Positions 1 through 8,542 are shown, numbered from the stretch's first letter. The stretch: DNA of 41,298 bases from an uncultured Candidatus Saccharibacteria bacterium (GCA_964455485.1 CAYVXT010000003.1:1-41298); one strand, 5' to 3'. Translations and numbers: made by a program. Notes: generated by a model not told the origin, from the letters alone.

Positions 1-68
1 ATGGAGCTCCAGTAGGAATAGGTGAGCGCTACGAATAGCACCACCAAGAAAACGATAACTTTTCTCAC
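1..68 (-). CDS. N-terminal fragment of a secreted or membrane protein (runs off the window)
   Basis: GTG at 66-68 (reverse complement) lies about 10 nt downstream of AAGGAG. It translates VRKVIVFLVVLFVALTYSYWSS, a hydrophobic signal/TM-like start. It is too short to appear in the ORF track. Confidence 0.35.
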   Translation of the reverse strand, partial: MRKVIVFLVVLFVALTYSYWSS

Positions 69-182
69 GGTTATGCTTCTCCTTTTCTCAATGATCTTTA
101 ATCCGGCCATATTATATCATAAAAGGTGTATAAATGCAAGAAAAATACTTGTAAAAAAGCAAAAATATGATAAAATTTAAAC

Positions 183-552
183 AGGCTTTCATTCCGAGCA
201 TTAGCTCTATACCGTCTGGTATAGGGAGGAAAGTCCGAACATGCACTCTTTTTTAAAGAGTAGTACGGTAGTGGGTAACACCCATCGCCTCGTACCGTAA
301 GGTATGGGTAGAGGTGCGAACAGAAACGCTCGAACCGAAAGGGGAGAGATTCCGAAAGGAATTGTCATACGGAAACGTATGGATGCAACGGCTAAATCCT
401 TACCTGCATGCAAGGCCGTGCCTCGGCAATTTATTGCTGAGGAGTGCCGCTAATGCCCTGAGTTTAATCGAAGGGCTTGATCCGTTTGGTAACAAACGTG
501 ACAGATAAATTAATGCAGAGAAACAGAATTCGGCTTATGAGAATGAAAGCCT
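183..552 (+). ncRNA. rnpB: RNase P RNA (bacterial)
   Basis: Contains GGGAGGAAAGTCCGAAC (the conserved GAGGAAAGUCCG motif) near the 5' end and ACAGAATTCGGCTTATGA (the ACAGAAnnCGGCUUA motif) near the 3' end. A perfect 12-bp P1 forms between AGGCTTTCATTC (183-194) and GAATGAAAGCCT (541-552). Confidence 0.9.
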
Positions 553-557
553 ATAAA

Positions 558-594
558 ATGCAAAATCCGCCCTCACGGGCGGATTTTGCATTTA
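558..594. terminator. Bidirectional intrinsic terminator shared by rnpB and TEC-A
   Basis: 15-bp stem ATGCAAAATCCGCCC/GGGCGGATTTTGCAT with loop TCAC, flanked by A-run and T-run on both sides. Confidence 0.7.
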
Positions 595-740
595 TGGGGG
601 CAGGAGAGAAGTCTTGATCCTTACAGGATCTGTACACCTTTCGTATCGTACTCACCTTCGCCATGCTCAGGTTTTGTGCGATTTACTCAAGGTCTTCAAG
701 TCCTCCCACGCAAGCAAAGCAGTTTGCTTGCTCTGCCCAC
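595..740 (-). ncRNA. TEC-A: short tRNA-end-capped structured element downstream of tRNA-Leu(TAG)
   Basis: Read on the minus strand it runs GTGGGCAGAG, hairpin GCAAGCAAA-CTGC-TTTGCTTGC, GGGAGGACTTGAAG ... CTCTCCTGCCCCCA. The 3' end copies 11 nt of the tRNA 3' end (598-608 = 780-790). GAGGACTTGAA (reverse complement of 695-705) is the exact reverse complement of the tRNA T-loop plus 3' T-stem, TTCAAGTCCTC. Confidence 0.6.
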
Positions 741-778
741 AAAATAAAACACCAGCAAAAATGCTGGGTTTTATTTTG
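741..778 (-). terminator. Hairpin plus T-run after tRNA-Leu(TAG)
   Basis: On the minus strand the sequence is AAAATAAAACCCAGCA-TTTTT-TGCTGGTGTTTTATTTT. Confidence 0.6.
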
Positions 779-860
779 TGGGCAGGAGAGGACTTGAACC
801 TCCATTCCTTGCGGAACATGCTCCTAAGGCATGCGCGTCTACCAATTTCGCCACCTGCCC
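779..860 (-). tRNA. tRNA-Leu (anticodon TAG)
   Basis: Manual cloverleaf: acceptor GGGCAGG/CCTGCCC plus discriminator A, anticodon loop CTTAGGA, long variable arm, T-arm GGAGG-TTCAAGT-CCTCT. Confidence 0.9.
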
Positions 861-901
861 ATTTTTTATTTTAATTCAATATGCTATATTTTTAAACGAA
901 T

Positions 902-974
902 CCGCTCATAGCTCAGCTGGTAGAGCAGCTCCCTCTTAAGGAGATGGTCGGGGGTTCGATTCCCTCTGAGCGGA
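902..974 (+). tRNA. tRNA-Lys (anticodon CTT)
   Basis: Acceptor CCGCTCA/TGAGCGG plus A, D-arm AGCTCAGCTGGTAGAGC, anticodon loop CTCTTAA, T-arm GGGGG-TTCGATT-CCCTC. Confidence 0.88.
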
Positions 975-999
975 CTAAGATAATAACATAATTACCTTG

Positions 1000-1140
1000 T
1001 GCCTGGGGTGGGACTCGGTCACAACTCTTTTGTTTTCCAAAAGGTTTCGACCCCGCCTCGCCTGTTTCGTTTTGCTCAACATCGCTCCGGCTTTCTCGTC
1101 CCACTCGCAAAGCAGAGCAGTCTGCTTTGCTCACAGACAT
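1000..1140 (-). ncRNA. TEC-B: short tRNA-end-capped structured element downstream of tRNA-Leu(TAA)
   Basis: On the minus strand it runs ATGTCTGTGA, hairpin GCAAAGCAG-ACTGCT-CTGCTTTGC, GAGTGGGACGAGAA ... GGCGAGGCGGGGTCG, a hairpin, then GTGACCGAGTCCCACCCCAGGCA. A 21-nt exact repeat of the tRNA 3' end and flank is present (997-1017 = 1160-1180). Confidence 0.6.
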
Positions 1141-1161
1141 AAAATTCGCATTGCGAATTTT
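1141..1161 (-). terminator. Hairpin after tRNA-Leu(TAA)
   Basis: AAAATTCGCA-TT-GCGAATTTT palindrome immediately 3' of the tRNA. Confidence 0.55.
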
Positions 1162-1162
1162 G

Positions 1163-1244
1163 TGCCTGGGGTGGGACTCGAACCCACAAGCCTTTGGGGC
1201 AAGAGATTTTAAGTCTCTCGTGTATACCATTCCACCACCCAGGC
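1163..1244 (-). tRNA. tRNA-Leu (anticodon TAA)
   Basis: Acceptor GCCTGGG/CCCAGGC plus A, anticodon loop CTTAAAA, long variable arm, T-arm GTGGG-TTCGAGT-CCCAC. Confidence 0.9.
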
Positions 1245-1248
1245 AGGG

Positions 1249-1320
1249 AGACCTAGGGCGGAATCGAACCGCCGTATAAGAGTTTTGCAGACTCTTGCCT
1301 TACCACTTGGCGACTAGGTC
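1249..1320 (-). tRNA. tRNA-Cys (anticodon GCA)
   Basis: Acceptor GACCTAG/CTAGGTC plus T, anticodon stem-loop AGAGT-CTGCAAA-ACTCT, T-arm GGCGG-TTCGATT-CCGCC. Confidence 0.85.
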
Positions 1321-1365
1321 TAATATTAAATTGCCTCTATATAAAGCATTTTAGCCTTTATAGTA

Positions 1366-1734
1366 TTAATTTTCAATCTGATTCTGATTTAGGAGCTCAT
1401 CGATTCGTTGACGATTGTGTTCGCCCATATCGATTTGAAAATCTATCCTTGGAGCGTATCCAAATGACTTTTTACTTATGACAAATTGCCTAAATTCGCT
1501 TCTGTGTCTTCGCATAAAATCAAGCGCCGCTTCTTCTTTATGTTGAGGTAAAGCAGTAAAATAAATCATGGCTCTTTTGCCCCGATCTAATATTTGTGAA
1601 TTTGTAATAGTGATCAAAGAATCGTGGTTTGATTCTCTTTCAAAATACTCAGCAGCAAATTCTTTTAGAAGGGAAGCCGCCCTTTCGTCTTTGTGATGTT
1701 TTGGTTGGTGACCCATAAAATTACTTTTTATCAA
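1366..1734 (-). CDS. rbfA: Ribosome-binding factor A
   Basis: The ORF lies immediately downstream of infB, the conserved infB-rbfA order. Size and C-terminal region fit RbfA. The start could instead be the internal Met at 1716. Confidence 0.75.
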   Translation of the reverse strand: MIKSNFMGHQPKHHKDERAASLLKEFAAEYFERESNHDSLITITNSQILDRGKRAMIYFTALPQHKEEAALDFMRRHRSEFRQFVISKKSFGYAPRIDFQIDMGEHNRQRIDELLNQNQIEN

Positions 1735-3214
1735 CCATTATTGTTGCTTGTAGCACATCAATTGGGGCAATTTCAATTTTAGATTCTACCATCAGTCCAA
1801 ACTCGTCTCCTTCCTTGGCATGATCAGCTTTTATTTTTTGAACCTGAAGCTCTTTTATCTTACCTTCACCTATAATTGCGTCTCTTCTAATTATTTTTAC
1901 CGTTGAACCGGTTTTAATTTCACCTTCTTGGACTTTACCACCGATTACTTGTTTGTCTTTATTTTTACTAAATATTCTAAGTACTTTGGCTGAGCCAGTG
2001 ATGACTTCTACTTTTGATATTGGGGTAGCTTCGTCCAACCTTTCTCTTAGAAAGTCCATAAGCTCATAAATTATTCTGAAAGATTTGACTTGTATGTTTT
2101 CTCGCAGTGCAAATGCTTCAGCATTTTTTTCTGTGCTTACATTGAAACCAATAACCAGACTATGCTTTATCTCTGCAGTTTTTATATCATTTTCAGAAAC
2201 TGCACCTATGCCTTTTAAAACTATTTGCGGCCTGATTTTTTCATTACCAATTTTCTTGATTTCATGCTCTACAGCTTCGAGTGATCCGTAAGTATCGGTT
2301 TTTATAATTAGAGGCAGAGTGATCCTTGTATCTGTGTGATCTACATCGGTCTCAGTTTTAGTTGTTTGGGTATTTGCAAATTTAATTGCTTCTTCCTTAT
2401 CAGCAAATGCTCTAAACTCTTGACCCACTCCTGGCATTTTGTCCCATCCTACTATTTCAACTGGGCTTGAGAAGGTTGCGCTATCAATTTGTTTACCTTG
2501 GAAATTATGTATGGAACGTACTTTTGCATATGCACCACTTGCGGCTACAAACATTCCAATTTTTAATAAACCATCTTTTATAATTAGAGTTGCAGATATT
2601 CCTTGTTTAGGATTTAGCTCACTTTCAATAATAAATCCCTCTGCATTTTTAGACGGATCTCCTTTTAAGTCTTCCATGTCAGATTGGAGAATAATAAGTT
2701 CTAACAAATCAGTTATATTGTCACCGGTTTTTGCAGAAACTGCGACGGCTGGTACTGACCCGCCCCAACCTTCAATAAAAACTTCGTTTTCAGCAAGACT
2801 TTGTTTTGTCTTATCTATGTTTGCGCCTGGTTTGTCGATTTTGTTTAGAGCCACAATGAATGGAATGCCATCATTTCTAATGCATGAGAGTGCTTCTATG
2901 GTTTGAGGTTTTACTCCATCATCTGCTGCTACTACAAGTATCGCAATATCTGCAACACTGGCTCCGCGCTCTCGAATCGAACAAAAAGCTTCATGACCAG
3001 GGGTATCCAAAAATGTTATAGTGCGAACATCGTCACCAACTTTGCATTCAGCTTCGTATGCGGAAATATGCTGGGTTATTCCCCCAGCTTCTGAACCTGC
3101 CGTGTTTGACTTTCGGATATAGTCGAGCAAAGTCGACTTGCCGTGGTCAATATGCCCCATTACTACTACCACAGGAGGCCTTTTTATTTGTTTTTCTCCG
3201 TTAGTTATAGCCAT
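1721..3214 (-). CDS. infB: Translation initiation factor IF-2 (short form)
   Basis: GTPase motifs GHIDHGKST and DTPGHEAF, followed by the IF-2 C-terminal domains. Start set at MAITNGEK (3214); the ORF track extends to 3250. Confidence 0.92.
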   Translation of the reverse strand: MAITNGEKQIKRPPVVVVMGHIDHGKSTLLDYIRKSNTAGSEAGGITQHISAYEAECKVGDDVRTITFLDTPGHEAFCSIRERGASVADIAILVVAADDGVKPQTIEALSCIRNDGIPFIVALNKIDKPGANIDKTKQSLAENEVFIEGWGGSVPAVAVSAKTGDNITDLLELIILQSDMEDLKGDPSKNAEGFIIESELNPKQGISATLIIKDGLLKIGMFVAASGAYAKVRSIHNFQGKQIDSATFSSPVEIVGWDKMPGVGQEFRAFADKEEAIKFANTQTTKTETDVDHTDTRITLPLIIKTDTYGSLEAVEHEIKKIGNEKIRPQIVLKGIGAVSENDIKTAEIKHSLVIGFNVSTEKNAEAFALRENIQVKSFRIIYELMDFLRERLDEATPISKVEVITGSAKVLRIFSKNKDKQVIGGKVQEGEIKTGSTVKIIRRDAIIGEGKIKELQVQKIKADHAKEGDEFGLMVESKIEIAPIDVLQATIMVDKK

Positions 3215-3272
3215 AAAGTGAAGTCGTTGACATTCTCGCGTATTATACACTAAATGTGATATTATCCAAATA

Positions 3273-4475
3273 ATGAAAGGTATTAAGAAAAAAACTAAAA
3301 AAGGGAGCCAAAAGACCAGAGTATTTCTGGACTATGCTTCTATTACCCCAGTAGATAGTAGGGTAGGGAAAAGGGTGGCAGAGGTAGAGGAAAAATTTTG
3401 GGCAAACCCATCATCTATACACTCTGAGGGTGAAAGTGCCAAAAATACTTTGGAAGAATCAAAGCGCAAAATTGCTTCTGTGTTGCATTCGCGTTCGAGT
3501 GAAGTTGTGATTACAAGTGGAGGTACTGAATCATTAAACTTGGCTATACTGGGTGTAGTAGCCGCTTTCGAAAAAGATAATGTTGGCGTGCCACACATTA
3601 TTACATCTATTATCGAACATCCTGCAGTACTGGAACCAATAAAATCTTTGGTTAAGTCAGGAAAAGCTGAAGCTTCGTATGTTATGCCAAATGAGTCAGG
3701 TCTCGTGAGTGCTGAATCGGTGGAGAAGGAACTAAGAAAAAATACAGTATTGGTAGCTATTCAACATGCCAATAATGAAATTGGCACAATTCAACCAATT
3801 TCTAAAATTTCTAAATTGGTAAAAAGTTTTAGAGATATTAATAATTCTAATTATCCTTATGTTTTGGCTGATGCCAGCCAAAGTTTTTTATACGAGCATG
3901 TTTCTTTAGAAAGACTGCAAGCTGACCTAATAGTGGTTGATGGTATAAAAGTTTATGGCCCTCGGGGGTCAGGAGTTTTGGTGGTTAGGAGTGGTACTCG
4001 TATTTCCTCATTATATAAAGGTGGTGGTCAGGAGAATGGCTTAAGATCTGGCACTGAAAATGTTGCAGGAGCAGCCGGACTAGCTCTTGCATTAGAAATG
4101 GGCGCTAAAGTACGTGAAGAGGAATCAAAACGTCTTACTAAAATTCGCGACTATTTAATAAAAAGAATATTAGAGGAATTTTCAAATTCATCATTGAATG
4201 GTGATCAAAAAGAGAGGTTGCCAAACAATGCAAACATTTGCTTTTCTGGAAGCGATTCGGAATTTTTAGTTATTCGACTTGATGTGGCAGGTTTTGCGGT
4301 TTCAGCTGCATCTGCTTGTCACGCATTGTCCTTGGAAAATTCTTCTTATGTTATAGATGCATTAGGCAAAAAAGGGTGTGGATCTTCATCACTCCGTTTT
4401 ACTTTTGGACGCCAAACAAAAAAAGCAGATATAGATGCTCTGATTGTGGCACTTCATAAAATAATCAAGCATTAA
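3273..4475 (+). CDS. Cysteine desulfurase (NifS/IscS-type class V aminotransferase)
   Basis: Contains TSGGTESLNL, the RSGTEN motif, a PLP-lysine region GIKVYGPRGSGVL, and an active-site loop SAASAC. Confidence 0.85.
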   Translation: MKGIKKKTKKGSQKTRVFLDYASITPVDSRVGKRVAEVEEKFWANPSSIHSEGESAKNTLEESKRKIASVLHSRSSEVVITSGGTESLNLAILGVVAAFEKDNVGVPHIITSIIEHPAVLEPIKSLVKSGKAEASYVMPNESGLVSAESVEKELRKNTVLVAIQHANNEIGTIQPISKISKLVKSFRDINNSNYPYVLADASQSFLYEHVSLERLQADLIVVDGIKVYGPRGSGVLVVRSGTRISSLYKGGGQENGLRSGTENVAGAAGLALALEMGAKVREEESKRLTKIRDYLIKRILEEFSNSSLNGDQKERLPNNANICFSGSDSEFLVIRLDVAGFAVSAASACHALSLENSSYVIDALGKKGCGSSSLRFTFGRQTKKADIDALIVALHKIIKH

Positions 4476-4567
4476 ATGCTTATATAAATTCAGGCGGATA
4501 TCCACAAGATAGGAAATTAATTGTGTTTGAAATTGTTTTTTGATTTTGCTTTTGATAAAATGAAGTA

Positions 4568-5374
4568 ATGGAGGATCTCACTAAACACCAATTAATACTA
4601 CTAGTGCTCTTGATCACTTTTGTGACTTCAATTGCGACTGGTATTATTACTTTTACCTTACTTCAGGAAGCTCCGGTGGAAGTGACCCAGACAATAAATA
4701 GAGTGGTAGAAAAAACAATAGAAACAGTAGTGACTGAGCCAGGTAAACCAGAAAAGGTGGTTGAAACAGTGGTGATAAATGAAGAGGATAGAGTTTTGGA
4801 TTCTATATCGAAAAATGAAAAATCCATAGTTAGGTTAAAAACCACTGGTGCTGATGGGAGCGAAGTTGTGACTGGTATGGGGGTTGTAGTTTCTTCTGAT
4901 GGTACAGTCATGGCTCAGGAAAAAAGTTATTCTAGTCTGTCAGCATTCTCCATAGTGTTCTTTGATGGGAAATCACTTTCAATACGAAAGGTCCACATTG
5001 ATTCAAAAAATGGTCTTGTGTTCTTGAAACCAGATGTACCAATAAACGAAAAATATGCTTTTTATCCTGCTACGCTCGGAGATTCAAATCTTCTCAAAAT
5101 TGGTCAAACGGTTGTAGCACTTAGTGGTAAAGACTCAAATGCGGTATCAATTGGACGAATAAAACAGCTTTCTATTGACAGTAGCAAATCACTAGAGAAC
5201 ATAATAACCGATATTGCTTTCACAAAAAATTTCCCAGGAAGCCCGATTATAAGCCTATCAGGAGAAGTAGTAGGAATTGAGTCGCCTACAAGTTCAGCAG
5301 AAACATTTACCTATATCCCAATAAATAGCTTTAAGCCCGCAATACAAGAAGGAATAAAAAATCTTTCAAATTAG
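4568..5374 (+). CDS. Membrane-anchored trypsin/HtrA-like domain protein, probably catalytically degenerate
   Basis: N-terminal TM helix. The C-terminal segment PGSPIISLSGEVVGIE aligns to the HtrA GNSGGPLxNxxGEVIGI block. No clear catalytic His block is seen. Confidence 0.6.
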   Translation: MEDLTKHQLILLVLLITFVTSIATGIITFTLLQEAPVEVTQTINRVVEKTIETVVTEPGKPEKVVETVVINEEDRVLDSISKNEKSIVRLKTTGADGSEVVTGMGVVVSSDGTVMAQEKSYSSLSAFSIVFFDGKSLSIRKVHIDSKNGLVFLKPDVPINEKYAFYPATLGDSNLLKIGQTVVALSGKDSNAVSIGRIKQLSIDSSKSLENIITDIAFTKNFPGSPIISLSGEVVGIESPTSSAETFTYIPINSFKPAIQEGIKNLSN

Positions 5375-5444
5375 CTTTGGAAATCCTGTTCTAAAGTAGT
5401 CTGGCTTTTTCTCCAAATATTTGTTATAATATAATCATAAAATT

Positions 5445-8135
5445 ATGACGCCATTTAACAATTTCACAACAAAAGCAAAGGAGGCAATAAAGCGAGCTCA
5501 TGAGCTCGTAATTGAGCGTGGTCAAAATCATGTTGGTCCGCTCCAACTACTCACTGCACTTATACTGCAAGAAGAGAGCATGGTTGCTTCTATTTTGGAC
5601 CGCATGGAAGTAGATACTATTTTGCTCACCGACTCGCTTATAGAGGCTATGGAGGCAGGCACACAGAGCAATACAGTGGCACCTTCGTACCAAATATATC
5701 TTACCCCTGAGCTTGCCATGATCATAGAACACTCGGCAAAGGTGGCAGCTGGTATGAATGATGAATTTGTATCGACTGAACATTTGTTTATAGCGTGTCT
5801 TGAAGTAGAAAGTCCAGCTCGCCAAATACTTTCGCGATTTAAGATTGAAAAAGAAAAAGTAATGTTCTTGATTCAGGAAATGAAGCAGGGAAGAATGCAA
5901 GAACACAAGGGGCAACCAAGAGCAAAGGCTTTAGTGAAATACACAAGGTCACTAACTAAGCTTGCAAGAGATAACAAACTTGACCCTGTAATTGGACGTG
6001 ACGAAGAAATCTCTCGCATAATCCAAATACTTTCAAGGAGAACAAAAAATAACCCAATACTTATTGGGGAAGCCGGTGTGGGTAAAACTGCTATCGCAGA
6101 AGGCTTGGCTATGCGTGTTGCCACAGGTAATGTGCCTGAGTCTTTGAAAGATAAAGAAATTGTTTCTCTTGATCTCGGGCTTTTAGTTGCTGGTACGAAG
6201 TATCGAGGTGAATTCGAAGAGCGACTAAAAAACATTATCAAGGATATTGAAAAATCTGAAGGTAAAATAATTCTATTTATTGATGAAATCCATACTATAG
6301 TAGGAGCTGGTAGTGCCGAAGGGTCTCTCGACGCTTCAAATATGCTTAAGCCACCTCTAGCTAGAGGTGAGCTTCGAGCTATTGGTGCTACAACTATCAA
6401 AGAATATCAAAAACACATAGAAAAGGATCCTGCTCTCACTAGAAGGTTCCAGCCTGTATATGTAAATGAGCCATCAATTGAGGACGCTATTACAATTTTG
6501 CGCGGTTTAAAGGAAAAGTATGAACTTTATCATGGTGTTCATATTACAGATGATGCTATAAAAGCTGCTGTAAATCTTTCGTCGAGATATATTGCCGATA
6601 GATTTTTGCCTGACAAAGCAGTAGATTTGATAGACGAAGCGGCATCTCATCTCAAAATTTCACTTGAGAATATGCCTCCTATATTGCAGGAAACAAATTC
6701 TAAAATCGTAAAGTTAGAAATAGAACGTGAGGCTCTTAGAAAAGAAGCCGAGGGTAAAAATGTTAAAGCCAAAACTCGACTCGAAGAAATTGAAAAGGAA
6801 ATCGCTGATTTGAAGGAAAAGACTGCCGAGATCGATCTTAAATGGAAGAACGAAAAAGAAACAGTGGGTGAAATCAAACGAATAAAAAAGGAGCTTGAAG
6901 AAGCCCGTCTTGAAGCTGAAGCTGCTGAAGCAAGAGTAGATTTAGGAAAAGCTGCAGAGGTTCGGTATGGCCGAATTCCTACTTTAGAAAAGGAGCTGGA
7001 GGCAAATGTTAAAAAACTCAAAAAACTTCAAAGTTCTCGACGTATTCTAAAAGAAGAAATTACCGAAAACGATATTGCAAATATAGTTGCAAAGTGGACT
7101 GGCATTCCTGTTTTCAGAATGCTTGAAGAGGAAGCTGAGAAGCTATCTAGAATGGAAGATGAGCTTAAGGGCAGGATCGTTGGTCAAAATGAGGCTGTAA
7201 AGAAAATATCTGAAACAATAAAAAGGAGTAGGGCGGGTATTTCTGATCCAAACAAACCAATTGGTTCGTTTATATTCCTTGGGCCAACAGGGGTAGGTAA
7301 AACTGAGCTTACCAAAGCATTAGCAGAGTTTATGTTTAATGATGATAAAGCTTTGATTCGTGTAGACATGTCAGAGTTTATGGAAAAGCATTCTGTTTCT
7401 AAACTCATTGGTTCGCCTCCGGGTTATGTAGGCTATGACGAAGGTGGTGGGCTTACTGAAATGGTGCGTCACAGACCATATTCAATAGTGTTGTTCGATG
7501 AGATTGAAAAGGCACACCCTGAAGTTTTCAATGTGCTTTTGCAAGTACTTGATAACGGTAGGCTCACAGACTCAAAAGGTAGGACAGTAAACTTCAAAAA
7601 TACAATAATAATAATGACCTCAAACATTGGTGCTCAATATATCGATAAAATGGAGAAACTAGGTTTTGGGGACCGAGAGTCAAAGGAAGATGGTGCATAT
7701 GCAAACGTAAAGGATAAAGTCATGGATGCTATGAAAGATTATTTTAGACCAGAATTTCTAAACCGTGTTGACGACATTATAATCTTTGATGTTCTCCCAA
7801 TGGAGGCCATAAGAGATATTGTAAAAATTCAAATTAATTTGGTTCGCGACAGACTTGCAATTAAGGAAATTTCAATTGATCTTACTGATGAAGCCTACGA
7901 ATATCTTGCAAGGGAAGGGTATAACCCTCAGTATGGTGCAAGACCACTCAAGCGATTGATTCAAAATAAAATATTAAATCCGATTGCCTCGCTAATTATT
8001 TCGAAAGGCATAATGAAAGGTGGCTTGGTCAGTGTTTCGGTTAAAAATGGCGACCTCGTATTTGATGTTAAAAAAGGAAGGAAGGGCGCAATCATAGAAG
8101 CATCGATACTTAATACTCCCACTCAGGTAGAATAG
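5445..8135 (+). CDS. clpB: ClpB disaggregase (AAA+ chaperone)
   Basis: Clp N-domain, two Walker A sites (GEAGVGKT, GPTGVGKT) and a long coiled-coil middle domain between the two AAA modules. Confidence 0.95.
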   Translation: MTPFNNFTTKAKEAIKRAHELVIERGQNHVGPLQLLTALILQEESMVASILDRMEVDTILLTDSLIEAMEAGTQSNTVAPSYQIYLTPELAMIIEHSAKVAAGMNDEFVSTEHLFIACLEVESPARQILSRFKIEKEKVMFLIQEMKQGRMQEHKGQPRAKALVKYTRSLTKLARDNKLDPVIGRDEEISRIIQILSRRTKNNPILIGEAGVGKTAIAEGLAMRVATGNVPESLKDKEIVSLDLGLLVAGTKYRGEFEERLKNIIKDIEKSEGKIILFIDEIHTIVGAGSAEGSLDASNMLKPPLARGELRAIGATTIKEYQKHIEKDPALTRRFQPVYVNEPSIEDAITILRGLKEKYELYHGVHITDDAIKAAVNLSSRYIADRFLPDKAVDLIDEAASHLKISLENMPPILQETNSKIVKLEIEREALRKEAEGKNVKAKTRLEEIEKEIADLKEKTAEIDLKWKNEKETVGEIKRIKKELEEARLEAEAAEARVDLGKAAEVRYGRIPTLEKELEANVKKLKKLQSSRRILKEEITENDIANIVAKWTGIPVFRMLEEEAEKLSRMEDELKGRIVGQNEAVKKISETIKRSRAGISDPNKPIGSFIFLGPTGVGKTELTKALAEFMFNDDKALIRVDMSEFMEKHSVSKLIGSPPGYVGYDEGGGLTEMVRHRPYSIVLFDEIEKAHPEVFNVLLQVLDNGRLTDSKGRTVNFKNTIIIMTSNIGAQYIDKMEKLGFGDRESKEDGAYANVKDKVMDAMKDYFRPEFLNRVDDIIIFDVLPMEAIRDIVKIQINLVRDRLAIKEISIDLTDEAYEYLAREGYNPQYGARPLKRLIQNKILNPIASLIISKGIMKGGLVSVSVKNGDLVFDVKKGRKGAIIEASILNTPTQVE

Positions 8136-8155
8136 GGTAAATAATTTGAGAGCTA

Positions 8156-8188
8156 CCAAAAAAGCCTTAAAATAAGGCTTTTTTGGTA
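8156..8188 (+). terminator. clpB terminator
   Basis: ACCAAAAAAGCCTTA-AAA-TAAGGCTTTTTTGGT. Confidence 0.75.
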
Positions 8189-8214
8189 ATGTTAAATATT
8201 AAATTAAAAAAGAC

Positions 8215-8243
8215 TTGACAAAAAGTCAAGGATAGTATATACT
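8215..8243 (+). promoter_or_regulatory. Sigma-70-like promoter (TTGACA-N17-TATACT)
   Basis: TTGACA at 8215-8220, a 17-nt spacer, then TATACT at 8238-8243. Confidence 0.6.
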
Positions 8244-8249
8244 TATACA

Positions 8250-8397
8250 AGAAATTAGTTCCGAGTATGACCTCGCTAGAGACTCGTACTATTTCCCGCC
8301 TGAGTCTCTACACAACCCTGCCAGTTTCCTCCCAGACATCTGCTAGGTTTTACTAAGGCGCAAGCCACCCCCCGACTTTGTTTCGGGGGATTTTTTT
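8250..8397 (+). ncRNA. Candidate small RNA of about 150 nt, unassigned
   Basis: It is bracketed by the promoter above and the terminator CCCCCGA-CTTTGTT-TCGGGGG plus T7. It contains a perfect 9-bp helix TAGAGACTC/GAGTCTCTA. It is visibly GC-richer than its flanks. The only ORF is a 30-codon one with no SD. Confidence 0.4.
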
Positions 8398-8452
8398 ATA
8401 AAATTTTAAGTTGATTGAATCGAAAAATATGTTAGATTTGTATATGCATATT

Positions 8453-8536
8453 GCGTCGGTGGTAGAGTGGTCAATTACAACAGACTGTAAATCTGTCGCC
8501 CATCGGGCTACGCAGGTTCGAATCCTGCCCGGCGCA
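8453..8536 (+). tRNA. tRNA-Tyr (anticodon GTA)
   Basis: Acceptor GCGTCGG/CCGGCGC plus A, anticodon loop CTGTAAA, class II variable arm, T-arm GCAGG-TTCGAAT-CCTGC. Confidence 0.9.
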
Positions 8537-8542
8537 CCCAGG

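Noticed and set aside
640-672. HDV-like self-cleaving ribozyme. ATGGCGAAGGTGAG resembles HDV AUGGCGAAUGGGAC.
   Set aside because: The required upstream P2 partner (CTCACC) and the nested P1/P3 pairings are not present in TEC-A or the other copies.
5528-7408. Several minus-strand ORFs inside clpB (65-175 aa). Similar antisense ORFs lie inside infB, topA, serS, the kinase gene and dus.
   Set aside because: All are embedded antisense to genes with unmistakable conserved motifs, and none has an SD or a recognisable motif.
8250-8397. SRP (4.5S) RNA. On the minus strand, TCTGGGAGGAAACTGGCAGGG resembles GGUCCGGAAGGAAGCAGCCAAGG.
   Set aside because: The conserved symmetric-loop nucleotides (AGCA and the GGUCA/AGG side) are absent. 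The promoter and terminator signals point to the plus strand.
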